64,000 bases of DNA, from contig NW_024704743.1 in NCBI RefSeq assembly GCF_018977255.1, positions 74,960,001 to 75,024,000 of the forward strand, read 5' to 3'. This DNA is from Callorhinchus milii (lineage: Eukaryota). Positions 22,701 to 37,700 of the stretch are shown piece after piece; positions within the stretch are counted from its first letter, which is position 1, and every line of letters starts with the position of its first letter. The position numbers were made by a program, and so were the translations under genes. The notes beneath the pieces were generated by a model. It saw nothing but the letters and a program-made list of their open reading frames with translations, was not told the origin of the DNA and did no database searches.

Positions 22701-25700
22701 GTCATCTGGTTGCTGCTGACGTCACTTCCTGCATACTGCGCTTTCAGACACTAAGATGGCCAGAATGAAGAATCTCTACTATTTGAGCCTCTGAACTCTC
22801 GTGACCTTAAATTTCTACCTGAGAATTATTAAGACGCAGACACTGTTGGAACTGCTTTCAGGCCCAACACAGTGCTGAATTCTGATGCAAGGAGAGTCAC
22901 ACCGTGCCAATCCTCTGTAATGAATTGATAATTACAATATTGGTGCCATGTCACTTTGCATTTTCCATGGTTACCACAATAACTAGCGACAGAGCAGAAT
23001 AGCACAAGACCTCTGTGGCAGAGGCACTTAGAGGATTATTCAATATTTAGTTTCCCTCATTTGTGAAAGAGCCATTGAGTTTGAAATTTCTTTCAATAAG
23101 CCTTTTCTGTTGTGACTGCTGTGATTTTGTCATGGATTGTTTCTTTTGGTGGATGAAATATTCAGCTTGATGATGTTTCTCCTATTGATTTATTTGCAGA
23201 TGATGTGCATTGATCAGCAGTGTATATTGGCCTTACGGTCCAATGCCCTCTTTACTCCTATGTCCGTTATGGATGGAAGCACTCCCTTGAACGACTGCGT
23301 ACTTTCTGTTAGCCAATTTACTGGGGCAGAGAGAGATGCACTAATTAACATAGCACAACATCTTGGAGCAAGGTAAATGCCAGTAGACCCGCATGCTTAA
23401 TAATCCTTGTATTTGGTATAGCGCCGTGGGGCCATCTCAAAGTGCTTCATGGGATTTACTGTGAAGTGACTGTATTAGTATTAATAGACATTTTTTTCAA
23501 AAAGTAATTTTAAGTATCTTGTTGATTTTACTGCAGTGTAACTTGGATATTGTACCTTGAATCTCGCATAACATAACCTTATAAATCTATTTGGAACTTT
23601 TTGTAGATTATCCTATACTTTGGAATAGGCTTTCTGTGTAACTGGGAAAAATCCTGTGGATCCTATTCAAGAGTATTTGTTTAATATTCCTTATCCCCAA
23701 GTCCCGATCTTTATGTTATCTGAACAGCATAGATTTAAAAGGTTATGTTATGCGAGATTCAAGGTACAATATCCAAGTTACACTGCAGTAAAATCAACAA
23801 GATACTTAAAATTACTTTTTGAAAAAAATGGGGAGTATCACTAATTATATCCAGTCAGAAAAATATACCTTTAACCACTTCTTTGTTTTCTACCCATGCT
23901 CTCACATTCCCTTTAATACCATGGGACTTAGCACTTACAATATTGTATCCCACTATTGGCCTGTTGACACCGTTTGTTCTATCTTTCAAGAGTGCAGGAG
24001 TATTTTGTTCGAAAAGCAAACTTAAGGAAGGGCATGCTTGCCAGCTCTCACCTTGTACTGCGAGAACCTGAAGGCTCCAAATATGAAGCTGCTAAAAAGT
24101 GGAACTTACCAGCTGTGACAGTAGCCTGGCTGTTCGAGACGGCTCACACAGGGAAGAAAGCTCAGGAAAATGATTTCCTGGTGGAAAATGCTACTGATGG
24201 TAAATGTTAGGGTTCAAACATCACTGGGGTTGGAAAAATGGTGGGTTGGAAAGAAGGCATCATAAGTACTGTGAACCCTGGGAAAAGCATCTTGGGGTGT
24301 AAAGGCTTATGGACCTTAAATGATGAAACTTCCAGGTTATGGGCAATAGGGGATATTCTTTGTTACCGTATTGCAATGGTGCCCATCTCATGGCCTGCCG
24401 GCCACCGTCGGCCATCAAAAAATGGCCTGCCGAACATTCACACTAGTTTAGGTAAGTCCGTGTTAAATCCATAGTTTGTTTCCAGTTTTTTCTTGACTGG
24501 ACATATGATTTATGGCATGAATCAAGAAATATTCAATCAGACAATGTATTTTGTTGGCCAACCACCACTCTACTGTTTCCATGAAATACTGAGTTGGAAT
24601 TGGTAACAGTGATCAGAAGGATCAAAATTGAGCACACACTAGGTTAAATTCTCTCACATCTTCCGACTTCTTTTATAAATGAAGTAGGTAACGCTGCTCA
24701 GGCCTCCAAATCCGCTGATATGAACAGAGTGCAAGAACACAGACCTGACACTCCCTCGTCCAGGCTAGAGACTCGGCTCAACCCTGCTGTCACCCCACTG
24801 GACTTCAACAAATTCCAGAGTAAGGCCTTCCAGTCAGTTCTAGCTCGGCACAATGACACAAAGAGTACAGGAACTGAGGCCGCTCCCCAGAGAGAAAGCC
24901 CCCTGCAGCTCGATACTCCTTCAAAATTCTTGAGCAAGGATAAGCTGTTCAAGCCATCGTTTGACGTTCAGGTACTGTTGGAATCTCACTCTTTCTCTAA
25001 CTCAGCTGAAGCAAAATTAAATTGAATGTAAACTGGCATTGCCTACAAATATAGTCACTCCGCTTTACAGTACATCCTGTGTAACTCTTTGAGATGTCCT
25101 CCTGATGTAAGTACAGTATTATTAAATGTAAGTACAGTATTTTATGAACCTAACTAACTTGGCTATCCATATACTAACTTTCTAATGGAGAAAATGATTT
25201 ACTTTTGTGCTTTGATTACAGTCAAATGTTTGAATATGGTGATTTAAATAATTTTTGGTCAATCAGAGAAGTTCTAATTTGCTAAAAAAAATTAAAAATT
25301 TAATAATAATAATCCTTGAATTTGATATAGCGCTTTTCACATCTTCTAGATGTCTCAAAGCGCTTCACGGAATATACTGTAAAGTGAATTGGCTGTATAT
25401 TTGTGGGCGAAACACGGCAGCCAATTGCACACAATAGTGTCCCACAAACAGTCTTGGATTGAGTGACCAAATTATTATTTTATTTTTTTCTTGCCGGGAA
25501 TTGAATCGAACCCAGGTCTCTCGCTTGCAAGGCGAGTGCTCCAACCACTGAGCTACAGGACTCCGCAATAACTGGCACATTTCTACAAAATTATAAGTGG
25601 CATAAAAAGGCTTCTACAAAATAATGATGTACATTGACTATCTGATGTAATTTTGACATCAGAAATAACCAAAATCATCCCATCAGAGAGAATATCTCCA

Positions 25701-28700
25701 CTCACTTTGTTGCAAATATAACCAAGTAAAAATCAATGACCATTTTTCTGATACAGATTTTTTTTCAAGCAGCAGTGAATGTGTTATACTTCAATAATAA
25801 AATTAATTCTAACAAATCCTTAAACTTAGGTGATATAACGTTGCTGTGCATCAAACCTTTTTTTTGATCAGCCGGATGTCTGATACATGTGGAAACACAT
25901 CCCCGTGCTTTAGAGTAACCAAACTGACAGGTTCCATGCATCTCACTTACATATGGAAATTCCTGTATAATGGAATGTGCATCCTCTCCCTGAAGAGACT
26001 TATCCTGCTTACCTTCCGGAAAGTATTAGGTTCAGGTTAGCAAAAATTAGGCTTGGGAACTTGGAGTATGCATGGGGAACTGCTGGAGTTTTATCTAATA
26101 TAAACCACATAGCTTGCCAATGTTTGGAAAGCTTCCTGCTGCTTGTTCATTTGGGACTACTCTACCCATTATGGTGGCATGCAGGGTCACTAGGAGTTTA
26201 GTGGAAAGAATCACTGCCCCAGGGACCGGTCTGCTTCTCGCAAGACCCACCGGTGAGCCAGGTGGGTTGGTGTGTTGTCAGCATTGCCCTGGGGTATTGT
26301 GGACCCGCGTGGCTTAGGAATTGGAATAGCCACAGAGAGTTGATGACTCCAATCTTCTGTTGCCAAGCATGTCAGCTTAGGGCCCGTTCAGTTCCAACGA
26401 GACCCTACTGAGCGACCCCAAGGAGGATAGATGATCAGTAACTGGTTCCCAAAACATAAAGTCCATCGGCAGGGACCAGCCACTGCCAGAAACTAAATTC
26501 TCAGGAATTTGGAACCATGAGATGGGCCGGGTGGTAGCCTCTTTCTGTGCATCTGTGTTTCTATGTCTGGTATAAAGCAAGTGACAACGGGATGATTTAC
26601 ATCTCTGGGTTCAGGTGATGATTACATTACATCTACCCGTGTAGATTATTGCCTCACCTGAATTATGTGGCGAAGTAGCTGTTTTGTAGTGACTCCCAGA
26701 TATCTGTTATTCTATATGATTGTGTAGTCCTTCCCAGGTGTCAGTTATTCTGTATATTGTTATGTGGGCATTCCCTGTAACATTTATTTGACCCTTTGTT
26801 GTGTAGTTACAGTCGGGTATCTGTTAATCTGTACATTGTGGAGTCACTTACACATACACACACCAGCTTTTCTTTGCCTTTTTACCTCACTGATGCTGCC
26901 TGCTCACAGGATGCTTTGGCAGCTCTGGAAACTCCGGGTGGTCCTCACCAGCGGAGCAGGAAGATGAGCACTCCACTGTCTGAGCTGATTGGCAGGAACC
27001 TCAAGGTGGCTCTGGCAAACAGCACTCGCAACGTGGCAGCAGCTTCCGCAGCCAGCCCACGGCTTCACGTTTCTGATGCAGTAAAGGTAAAACAGGTCTG
27101 TATGTTTCCCCATTGCCAGGAAGCTAGTGCAATGTTTTCTAAGTGGACATTTTGATTCCAGCTGGTTAAAAGATGGTAAAGCAAAACCATTAATGTGGGT
27201 GCATTTTGTATTTATTTCTCTCTTGTCAATTTGTTCTCCTCCCGTGCCCCCAACCCCACTGCTGAAACTGTTTTATTTGAGGTTCTATGGCCATCAGTCA
27301 ACCTCCTGGTACCTTACCCAAGCTGTTGTTATTCATTTGATTGATATCCACATTCCCTGACCTTGAGGTACTGAGGTCATCTCTGCACAGATAATAGAGA
27401 GAAAAATGGCATTGACATAGGATCCAGCTTCAAACCAAACTCTTACCTGATTTGTTCTGCCACCACATGAAAGTAGAAATTGTCATCATCTAAATGGGAG
27501 AACAACAACAGCAAATTACATTTGTATAGCACCTTTCACGTCGGGAGGATGTTCCAAGGGCTGGATAGTCAGGGGTTTGTACACCTAGGCCACTGAAAGT
27601 CCCTGGGTAAAAGGAGGAACACAATTGTGTTCTCTCTGTCACATTTCTGTATATTTTTCTTTGCGAAATTTGAATTGTATTAAGATTATATTATTGGCAT
27701 TTGAAGTTCCTCTTTTGTGCAACATACTGGAAGTTGAGAACTTGATAGTTTTTCTTTTTAATTTGATAGGAAGACAAATTGCTGGTAAATGTGGTGATTT
27801 GTGTGAGTAAGAAGTTGGGTAAAAAACAGGGCAATCTGAACGCCATTGCAGCCTCTCTTGGAGCAGAATACAGGTATTTTGTGTTTACAGTTTGTGTGTG
27901 TGTGTATATAGTCAAGCTTTGTTATAAGATTGTAACTAGCAACTTGCCTGCTCCCTCCATTTGGCAAACGCTGGTCTGCTCCACATCCCCCCTCTACCTT
28001 CGATGATTGGGCCTTCAGCCTTTCTCCTACCACCCTCTGGAGGCCCTTCGCCTCCTTTAAGGCCCGTTTCAAGACCTTCCTTTTTGCCTGCGCCTTCAGT
28101 CATCTTCTCTTTCCTTCCCACCCCTCCCGAATCCAAACCCCACCTCAGGTGCAAACCCATGATTGTGCAGGCACTATGTCAAATGTAAGGATTATTATAC
28201 AAATTATTATTTCTTCTAGCAGCTTGAACCTCTCATTCCTGTTTTACTCTTTGTCTATAGGTGGAGTTATGATGAAACAGTAACTCATTTCATCTACCAG
28301 GGACGGCAGAATGACAACCATCGAGAATACAAGGCTGTCAAAGACAAAGGTGTATACATTGTCTCTGAACACTGGCTGTTAGCGGTAAGCAAACCATAAC
28401 TTATTTGGTGCAAAAAAGATAATTTTAAGGAAAGGCCTCCCAAGTATTGCTGTGCTTCACTATTGATTATTTGTTGGTGGTTTGTGGTATCTGTGTTAAT
28501 GTTGACTGAAATGGTGTACTCTGTTCAGCGCCTTGGGACATCCTCCCGACGTGAAAGGCGCTATATAAATGAAATCTTGTTGTTTGACATTGATACTCTG
28601 GCTATTGCTGCAACATTGGGTGCCATTTAGTCCAGCCCCAGGATTTTAGTTCAAGAATCCTTCAAAGAGCCAGCATACACATGATGACATTGGCAGTGAC

Positions 28701-31700
28701 CTGATGACCCTAATGTCAGCTAATTTTCCTTTAGCACAGGAACTGGCTTGCATTTAGGAGGGGAGCTAGATGCTCTATCATGACAGCTTTATAAACAAAA
28801 CAATGTTGGCAATTAGATCTTTAAGAAACATCACAATTTTCATGTGCAGTGATAGGTTTTTGTTGGCAAGTGCTACATCTACGAAGTGAAAGACCAACTT
28901 ATCTGGAGGATAGTTTGCCACGACACAGGGAGAAACTCACTTCTATCTTAAGCAGCGTCGTAGGACCTTTCACACCCACTTGAACAGGCAAACAAGACTT
29001 AAGTTTGTGAAGGACAACACCTCCCAACAATGAAGCGTTCTCCCAGCACTGCCCTGTAGTGTCAGCTTACATTATCAAAATTCCTGACAACCTTCTGATC
29101 CAGAGATACAAGTCGTCTGCGAGTGGTGTGGGAACTCGGTGGAAGATGGGTACGCATGCTTAGTCCAGTCACCCTGAATTGTGTGTTTATAGAAACCAAG
29201 TTTCTGAGGGACTGCATTCAGCTCCACTGCACAACTGTTTCCTTTAGTTTAAGTGTAACTCCTGTGGAGTATAATGTCTTAGATCCAATTTGATGTCTTA
29301 GTTGCAGTTTTGTTCTCTTCTGTGCAGCATCTTTAACAGTATCTAAAAAGAAACTGGATGAACAATTGAGGAAAGTGCAGATGAATGGGATTTGAGTCGA
29401 TGGCTGTAGTAGGGGAACCATCACTATGAGAGGCTGAATGGCCTCCTGTGCTGTAAACTTTCTATTGTTTAGTCGATCACTGAATCCAGGGAGTGTTTTG
29501 CTGCAGTGCGCTGATGAGCAGAAACGAGTGGCCGAGTCGCTCTATCCTCACACCTACAACCCAAAGATGAGTCTGGACATCAGTGCAGTTCAAGACGCCA
29601 GAGTCTCCACTCGCATGTTCGCTTCACAAGTCAGACAAGATACTGAACAGGTATGGTAGCAGCATGTAACTGATTGAGTCGGTTAATCTCAAAACAAGCT
29701 GCGCTTCCCAAACACAAAGTTTGTTTGTTTTTAATTCTCAATACTGTTGAAGGGAGCATTTAATCTATGTTGAATACAGGTTTAAAAGTTTACATTAAAT
29801 GCTCTAAAGTTTTTGAGCAGTAAAGAAATAGACGCTTTGTCTTAGTTCCAGTTGTCAAGAATTATTGATCTCCATGTTTTTTACAGAGCTGTACTGTGGA
29901 TGAGGAAATGGGGACTGAGAGTGATGAACACTCAAATGAAGAAATTGCACTTAATCAAGAGCGAAATGTTCCAAATGAAGGAAGTGGAGGTATCAACATC
30001 AATATCTTTACCAGAACAAGTTTTCAACATGCCATAAATGTTGTAATTATTAAGTAATTCTTGATAACAGAGTGCTGACTATGGTCCTACGGGAGATTAT
30101 GAGCAGATTGTTCCAGCGGTCTCTGCTGAAGCACCTAATAACAGATTACATATTACAGATTATTTCTGTTCTACATAAGAAATGGGTTTCTGATCAGTAC
30201 ATGGGATTCCATTTCCATCCATTACACGCAAAAACAGCAGGTGGCATAGATGAGATGTTAAACAGGTCCCGTTTGTTGAGGTGGATGTTTAGATCCCGTG
30301 GTACTATTTGAAAAGAGGAGGGAGTTTCTCCTGGCGTCCTGGCCAATAATTCTCCAGATACAATTGGTCATTAACTCCTTGTGCTGCTGCATTTGTCCAC
30401 AAAATACACACCACTTTACAGTATATCCTGTAAAATGCTTTGATATGTTACAATGACATGATAAGGGGCTGTATCAAATAAGGTGATTATATATTAAATG
30501 GAGAGAGAGTTATGGGATGATCACAGTAAAAGTTTTCGCATAATTGTTTAATTTAGGTGTTATCCTGTATTCTAATAGCTTCAGGTCATTTTGATAAATC
30601 AGCTTTGTAATTCCTCAATAGTTTTGTTGATTTGGCCCTTATGCTGCTGCAGATTTGACGGAAACCTCAGAAATGAGGGAGAATTTTCAACGTCAGTTAG
30701 AGGAGATCATGTCTGCTACGAAGGTAGAGAAGGGAGCAGGTCACCATGGCTCCTTATCCAGGGTAGCTTTGGATTACTCTCCGTCATTAGCTGAGAATGC
30801 TGTTCGTTTAGAGCGGAGCAGAGCACTGGAATCTCTGAGGTGAGGTACTGACTGCAAATGTTGCTATAGATCTCGGCGCCTATTTACTTTTCATTACTGC
30901 TCTCTTAGATGTCAGTCTGGCTGATTTGGTAACACTTGTCTCTGCTCATCAGTTTGTGAGTTCAAACCCCACATCTGAACTTGAGTTCACAACCTGAGCT
31001 GATGCTCCAATGCAGTGCAGGAGGAGTGAGGGAGGCATTGTTGGAGGTGCTGTCATCTGGATGAGAGCTCAAGGACTCAACTTAGGGTTTGAACCACAAT
31101 GTTGTGAACCAAATGCTATCAATTGAACCAACCTTTCTGGAAAGTCCTTGTCGTTATTTTAGAGCTATAAAGGCAGAAATGGATTACTTCGTATTTAGTC
31201 GTTCAAACCTCAGTGTTAGAGAGACGCCATCCCACGTGAAGGGCGATATAGAAATACAAGTTGCTGTTGTATTAAAAGGATAATTTGCGTTCAGGCGATC
31301 ACGGCCAGCAGCCATGGATATCAACACGGAGCCCTCACAGAATGAGCAGATTATTTGGGATGATCCAACAGCCAGAGAAGAAAGGGCCAAGCTGGCTAAC
31401 AATATGCAGTGGCCAGGCAGCCCCTCGCAGTACTCTGAGCAGTTTCAAAGAAACCTGGAGAAAGCAGAGGATGAACTTGTGAAACACAGGGATTCCCTAA
31501 CTGACACAGAAATGGCCAAAGTAGGTGAGTTAAAATCTCTGTGTTTTACATATATATTTTTTGCCTTTTTTTTGTAATTATAGATTTTGTATTAAAATGT
31601 GTAAAGTTTCATTTCTAACAAAATACAATGTTTACCAGATTCTTAAACACTGTATTTTGTTAGAAATGCGACCTCGTAAGCCACTACCAACCCGTCCGTT

Positions 31701-34700
31701 CTCTCTGCTCAGCCGGCTCCGGCCTGCTTCACATCCTCCGACCCACGCGCCCCACCATTGGCGGGAGAGCCTGTCAGCCACTCTGCTCCCAACCTCTGGA
31801 ATTCCATTCCCCAATCACTCCGCCTCGCCCCCTCCTTAGCCTCCTTCGAGTGCTGCCTCAAAACCCTCCTCTTCGACCATGCCATCGGCCAACCCTCTTC
31901 CCCTCTCCTCCCTTCTCCCTCCCTGACCCCAGCTCGGGACTGAAATGCTGTACACTATCCAGCACCTTGGGACGTCCTCCCGATGTGAAAGGCGTTATAC
32001 AAATGTAATCTTGTTGTTGTTGTTAGCATCTGAGGCCTGAAAACTCCCATGGTGTTCAGACTAATGTCATAAAATTTAAGATAGTACAAAATGTAAAAGA
32101 ATTCTTAAATTTAGCCCTAATTTTAAAATCCAGTTCCTGTAGTGCTTTTTACGTCCTGCAAAAGTGTGCCAACTGTGTCTGCCAGACTTGGTCAGTATAG
32201 TGAGGTGGAGAATCAGTGATTCACCAAACGTTAAAGGGATTGTGTCCTTTTCTAGACCAGAAACCAGTTAACCACTTGAGAAAGCAGAAATATAGAAAAT
32301 GGTTCTGATTCAAATTTTTCAAGTAATTTGTCCAGGGGATTGACCTCAATGAGGTTTAGCTCCATGAGGCAATTAACCTTCACACTCGCAGTGCCTTGAA
32401 ATTTACTGTTCGGAGGAAGAGTTACCAGTGCAGGATAATTCCCTTTGATAACACCAAAGAATGTTAGTATGAAAGTTATTCTAACACTGAGCAGAGTGAC
32501 TGTGTGTAAGTGGTTGTGTTTACTGTTCAATCACAGTGACCTGCGATTTTGACTTTACTTATGTAACGGAAGCATCATCATCTCGAGCCAAGAGAAGCTG
32601 CGAGATTCCAGCCAAGGATGAGGAGCTGATTCTCACCCCTCAGGCTCCCAGTATAGCATTTCCACTGGCAAAACCCCCCGTGGCACCGCAGCCTAAAGAG
32701 CAGGTCAGAAAAACATTTTGATGTTTAATATAAACATGAATTGCATTTCCAGAAACATGTTATACAGAGGAAAAATCTGATATTGATGATCTGCCGATTC
32801 AGATGACGATATAAACCAGGAGTGAAATCCACGAGATTTCAGCACCCCGCTCGGAAAGAAAAAGGAACAATATAAAAAGGATATAATCCTTGCATTTGAT
32901 AGCACGCCTTTCATGTGAGAAGGATATCTCAAAGCACTTCACAGGATAATCAGTAAAGTGTAGGATGCGTTTTTTTAAAAAAGAAAAAACACCTACAATC
33001 GATGGGAAGTATGGGCCAAAGGCAAGAGAGGAGGACTGAACAGATATTATCAAGCAGCCAGCACCGACATAATGAGCTGAATGGTGCTATGATCTTTATA
33101 TTGATTTATTTAAACAAGATTCCATTGCACGATTGTCATTGTAGAATTGTGCTGCTTGTACCCCACTGCTCAGCCCACCCCTTTCACTCAGTTAATAAAG
33201 GCCTGTCTGGAGTTGCCAGACCACGCTGATAGCAGTCACTTTGCTCCTAATCTCTGGAATTTCCTGTCAGTCCTTGCAGCTCCCCATTATCGGTCTTCAT
33301 ATTCAACCTGAAGACCTACCTCTACTACCCCTTTTATCTTCCCCCCCTTTGTTTTACTTGGTTTCCAACCCCCGCTACTGTACAGGCTCCACTCTCCTAT
33401 GTGAAGGACACTATATAAATGCAAGTAGTTTGGAAAATCTGCAGTGGATTTCTCATTTCTGTCATGCTTACACCTTTTCTGGACATGTATGATTTAAAAA
33501 AATGCATTTTCAGCCGTTTTCTACTCCTGAGTTAGCATGTTCAAGTGAAGACAAGGATTGTTTGTATACATAAATAGTTCATGATAAACTAATTGTGGTA
33601 ACTTTGTCACAAAGGTTCACGTTAATCAGAGTAAGACGAAAGAAGTGCACGTTCAACGCAGATTCCAGTTATCTTCTCTCAACCCTCAGGAGCGAATTGA
33701 CTATTGCCATCTCATTGAGGAGCTAGGTGTGTGATTTTGATTCAGTATTATCCTTTTTTGTTTTAAACAAATACATTGTGGTATTCTAATTGCTGTGTGA
33801 TCTTTTCTGCACTGATTGATTATACACTTTTGGAAAAGTCACTACTTCAATCCAAGTAAGAAACACGGACATTAATGAGAAACAGCGTAAACATAGGAAT
33901 GTCAGGACCAGCGCTGTGTAGCGCTATTTCAACATTCCTATCTCATTGAATCTAAAGTTATATTGTAAACTACGGTAGACCATTTTAGCCAGTTAAAGAC
34001 CTTCCGTATCCAGTATTGCATGGCTAAGATTTAAATATAGAATTCCAGGTTAGTCTAGCTTTTCAAGGGGAAAGAATCACCACAGTAATAAGAAGTGAAT
34101 AGAATAGAAAAGTTCCTCACCTGAGAATCTGGCTGTAGTACTTACTGGGGTGTGTTGCAGTAGAGAAGGTCAATGGACATTGTCACAAAAATATGATTTG
34201 TATCTCACTTGCATTATGATCCACTCCAGTTGGGGTCTGCCACGGTTGAATGAATCTGCTGGGTATGAAGTAAGAGCGTTGTACAAACAAGCTGAATATT
34301 GTTAGGAGGCTGGGTTGCTGGGTGGCATCTTGGGTATTGAGGAATATATAGAAAAGGTGAGGAAATGGGATTAAAATGTGTCAAAACCATAAAAAGCTCA
34401 ATGTCTTAACAACGCTCTCCTGTTCCTATTGCCTAAGAAGACTTAAATGTACAATCGACCCTCAACACTGCACCATTAGGCTCCAGGGTCCTCAGCTCCT
34501 ACGCCACTGAAACCTTCCAGGAACCCACAGAAGACATGTTGGTTTGTTGTATTACAGAGAGGCTTGAAATGCTATTGCAAAGCTATTTGCATCTCAGCAG
34601 CTGCTGGAGACTGGTGCCGGTGGTTTTCACTCCCAGCTCTTCTAGTCAGCTTTGTAAATGGAGTCTACTATATTCATATGAACATATTTATATCAAAAGT

Positions 34701-37700
34701 ATGCTATTAATATCCTTCTGTTTATTTTTGATTATTTATTGTTGGCTTTTACTGGACTGTATCAATATTTTTGGCACAACTGTATGAAGGTGTGCAGTGC
34801 TCCCAGTGACCTGTTTTCTCAAACTTTTGCTCCTTGCAACTTAAGAAGCTTTGATTTGTCATTGGCAAGCCACACAAATCTCATATTTAGCAGTTATTTG
34901 GTGGGGTAATACCCCTGAAATGAGTTTTGTTTTGCTAGAAACATACATTTTAGAATGAAAGAAAAAGCTGAGATAACAAATTGTGCTCAAAATAATGCTG
35001 CCGTTTTGTGATAGTAGCATGTCTTCAGTTAGTACTTATGATCTGTTTGAGGACAGACTGGATTTGACAGTGCTCTTTTGTGTTTTGATTCAGATGGAGT
35101 GGTGCTGGACAGGCAGTGCTTTGACCCTTCCTGCACGCACATCATTGTGGGGCAGCCCCTGCGAAACGAAAAATACTTGGCTTCCATGGCAGCTGGGAAG
35201 TGGGTCCTTCATCGATCCTATTTGGAAGCTTGCAGAACTGCGGCCAAATTTATCCAGGTTGTGTTTTGCAGCAAATTAACTTAAGTGAGAGGAATGCGGA
35301 TTCCTGGATGCCTTAGTTTGGGAAAGTTTCAGCCCATTATGAAACTGAGCCGTGCTGGCCAGGAAAGTGCCTGAGCTGAACTATCAAACAGGCAACTATT
35401 AAGCCTTGTGGTATTTTGAGTGGCCATTCTTCATGGGTGAGTCCAGTGACCAGAGAGGAATTGACCAGAGGACGGAAGAGAATAACAGTTGAGCCCAGAT
35501 GTGGCCTCATCCAACTTTCCTGCAAAGATCACTGGTTTTGATCAGGAATAGGAGCTTCTGGAGATTATTTCTCCTGCCTGCCACTGAAGTCAATTGTAAT
35601 GTCCCCAATTAGCTCACTCATCATAGTCAGATTTGAACTGAAAACATTCCCAGTCTTTAAAATAGTGAAGGAATTGACAGAGTGAGTGAGGATTCTTTCC
35701 TGTGGTTGCAGATTCCAGAACAAGAGGGCATTATCTAAAAAATAGAGGGTGGCCTACCTGTTTGTCGTGAAATCAGGAGGAATTTCTTTACCCAAGAGCT
35801 GTAGAATTCCTAAAAGGACTGAATGCAAAGCCAGTGGGAAAGTTTGAGGGAAGTAGTTAAACACTTGACTGATAAGGGCATTGGGTAGGGAGAAAAGTCA
35901 GACAAATGGTACTGCATTGAGTTTGAGTCACCCATGATATAAGAAAATGGCAGAGGAGGATTGACGGACTGAATAGCCCACTCCTGTTTGTCTTTTCCAC
36001 AGTGCTTAGTGTTGTGCCGGGTGTCTTCCTGCTGAGACATTGTTTTGGTGTAAAGCAGGTTATTGATGATTTAACTTGTTAATCTTCATAGGAATAATTT
36101 ATGAATACTCATTTTCTTTACCAGGAGGAAACATATGAGTGGGGAAGCAGTTTTGTGCTGGACGCTCTGCCAAATCTTGGTGTGCAGCAGAAGAAGCTGG
36201 CAGTAGCGGCCATGATGTGGAGGAAAAGGCTGGAGAAGCAAAGGCTCGAGAGCACTGATGTGGAGGTATTCTTCATAGACATTTACATCACAGAAGAAGG
36301 TCATTTGGTCCATCATGTCTGTGCTGGCTCTTCTAAGAATATTCCTTTCAGTCACATATATCTACGCATTTTCCCCCCATTTCCTTGTAGTTTATTTCAA
36401 ATTCATTCTCACATCCTCCACACACCATTAGATTACATTCCCCTTAATCCAGACTGTTGGGAATTTCATGGGGACATTTTTCCTTTAAGAAATTCCAGGT
36501 TCCCAAGCCTACACTTTGGTAATCTGCAGATTGGGTTTAAAAGATGGGTTAATTTGTCTGTTGTCATAGTTTTCTTTTTCCCCTTGTCAGAGTGCTCTCT
36601 GTGGAGGTATTCTCACTGGGCTTGTGGAAACTTCATATTGGATCAGTATGCAGTGTCTTTGTTACAGTTGTGTCTGACAGTACCCTGTTATGCCGCTAAA
36701 TGTACAATGAAAGTTAAATAGGAGGATTTCTGACTTGCAGTAGATTTTACTCAATTTTCACCATGATGGTTTTTGATGCAGGTAATATCAGGTAATTTGG
36801 TTTATACCAAGACACAAATGCTTGTATCAGTGGTTCCTGATACATGTCAATCAATGGATTCTAAAGAGTCAATACAGTGAACTTAAACACCAAAAAAATT
36901 AATGCTTAATAAGAGAAAAAATAAGAATTATTCTGTATTTCTAACTTATTAAAAAATATTTCTGTTTTTAAAAAAATCTTCATTTGATGCCCCTTGATTT
37001 GTTAGCAGGCTACTTGACTCTGTTCAGTCAGTTGCAAGTGGGTGAAGTTGTGAAAATAAACTATGCATGGAAGCACCATGTGCCAGGTTTTCAGGAATTC
37101 AATGTTGGGAAGATTGAAAGGATTTGAATTGTTCCTTGTTGAACTTGCAAAGAATTATGCTCTTAGACCTTTGATTTGTCTGGAAAATTGATTCCTGTTA
37201 TTGCTGGACACCCAGGATCTCCTGTCCCCAAAGGAGAACTCCAGCACTTCCCAATATTCTACTGATAACCTGGGTTCTGAAAGGGACAGTCCAGTGATTG
37301 ACTTATAATAGCAAAGTGAAAAGGCAAACATGGTGTCAGAGAGAGCTAAAAGTGAATTAAAAGGAATCAATCAGTGCTGTGCTGATACACCCCAGAAGAG
37401 ACACGTTGTCCATATGAGAAATAATAACTGATTTTATCTTTACAAACCAGTATTCCATGCAAACTTTGGGAAGAGGAATGAATTGTTCAGATGATTCCCA
37501 GTTAAATTATTCTTGATGCGAAGGATGAATCCTGCATGATTTTATTTTATGGACAGAGGTTTGAATGCGTGTGGTATATGACTGAGACCTGTTGCCCTGT
37601 TATTTCTGCAGATTGGTGCGTTTAGTGGTTGGAAGATTATTTTAAATGTTGATCAGTCCAAGGAGGCGGGATTCAGACGACTACTGCTTTCAGGTGGAGC

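Noticed and set aside
29990..29997. Possible U12-type donor (GTATCAAC)
   Set aside because: Does not match GTATCCTT, and no convincing TCCTTAAC branch site precedes the next acceptor.
36101..36721. 206-aa ORF as one long exon
   Set aside because: Only 36125-36265 matches TOPBP1; the rest is read-through past the GT donor into intronic repeat sequence.
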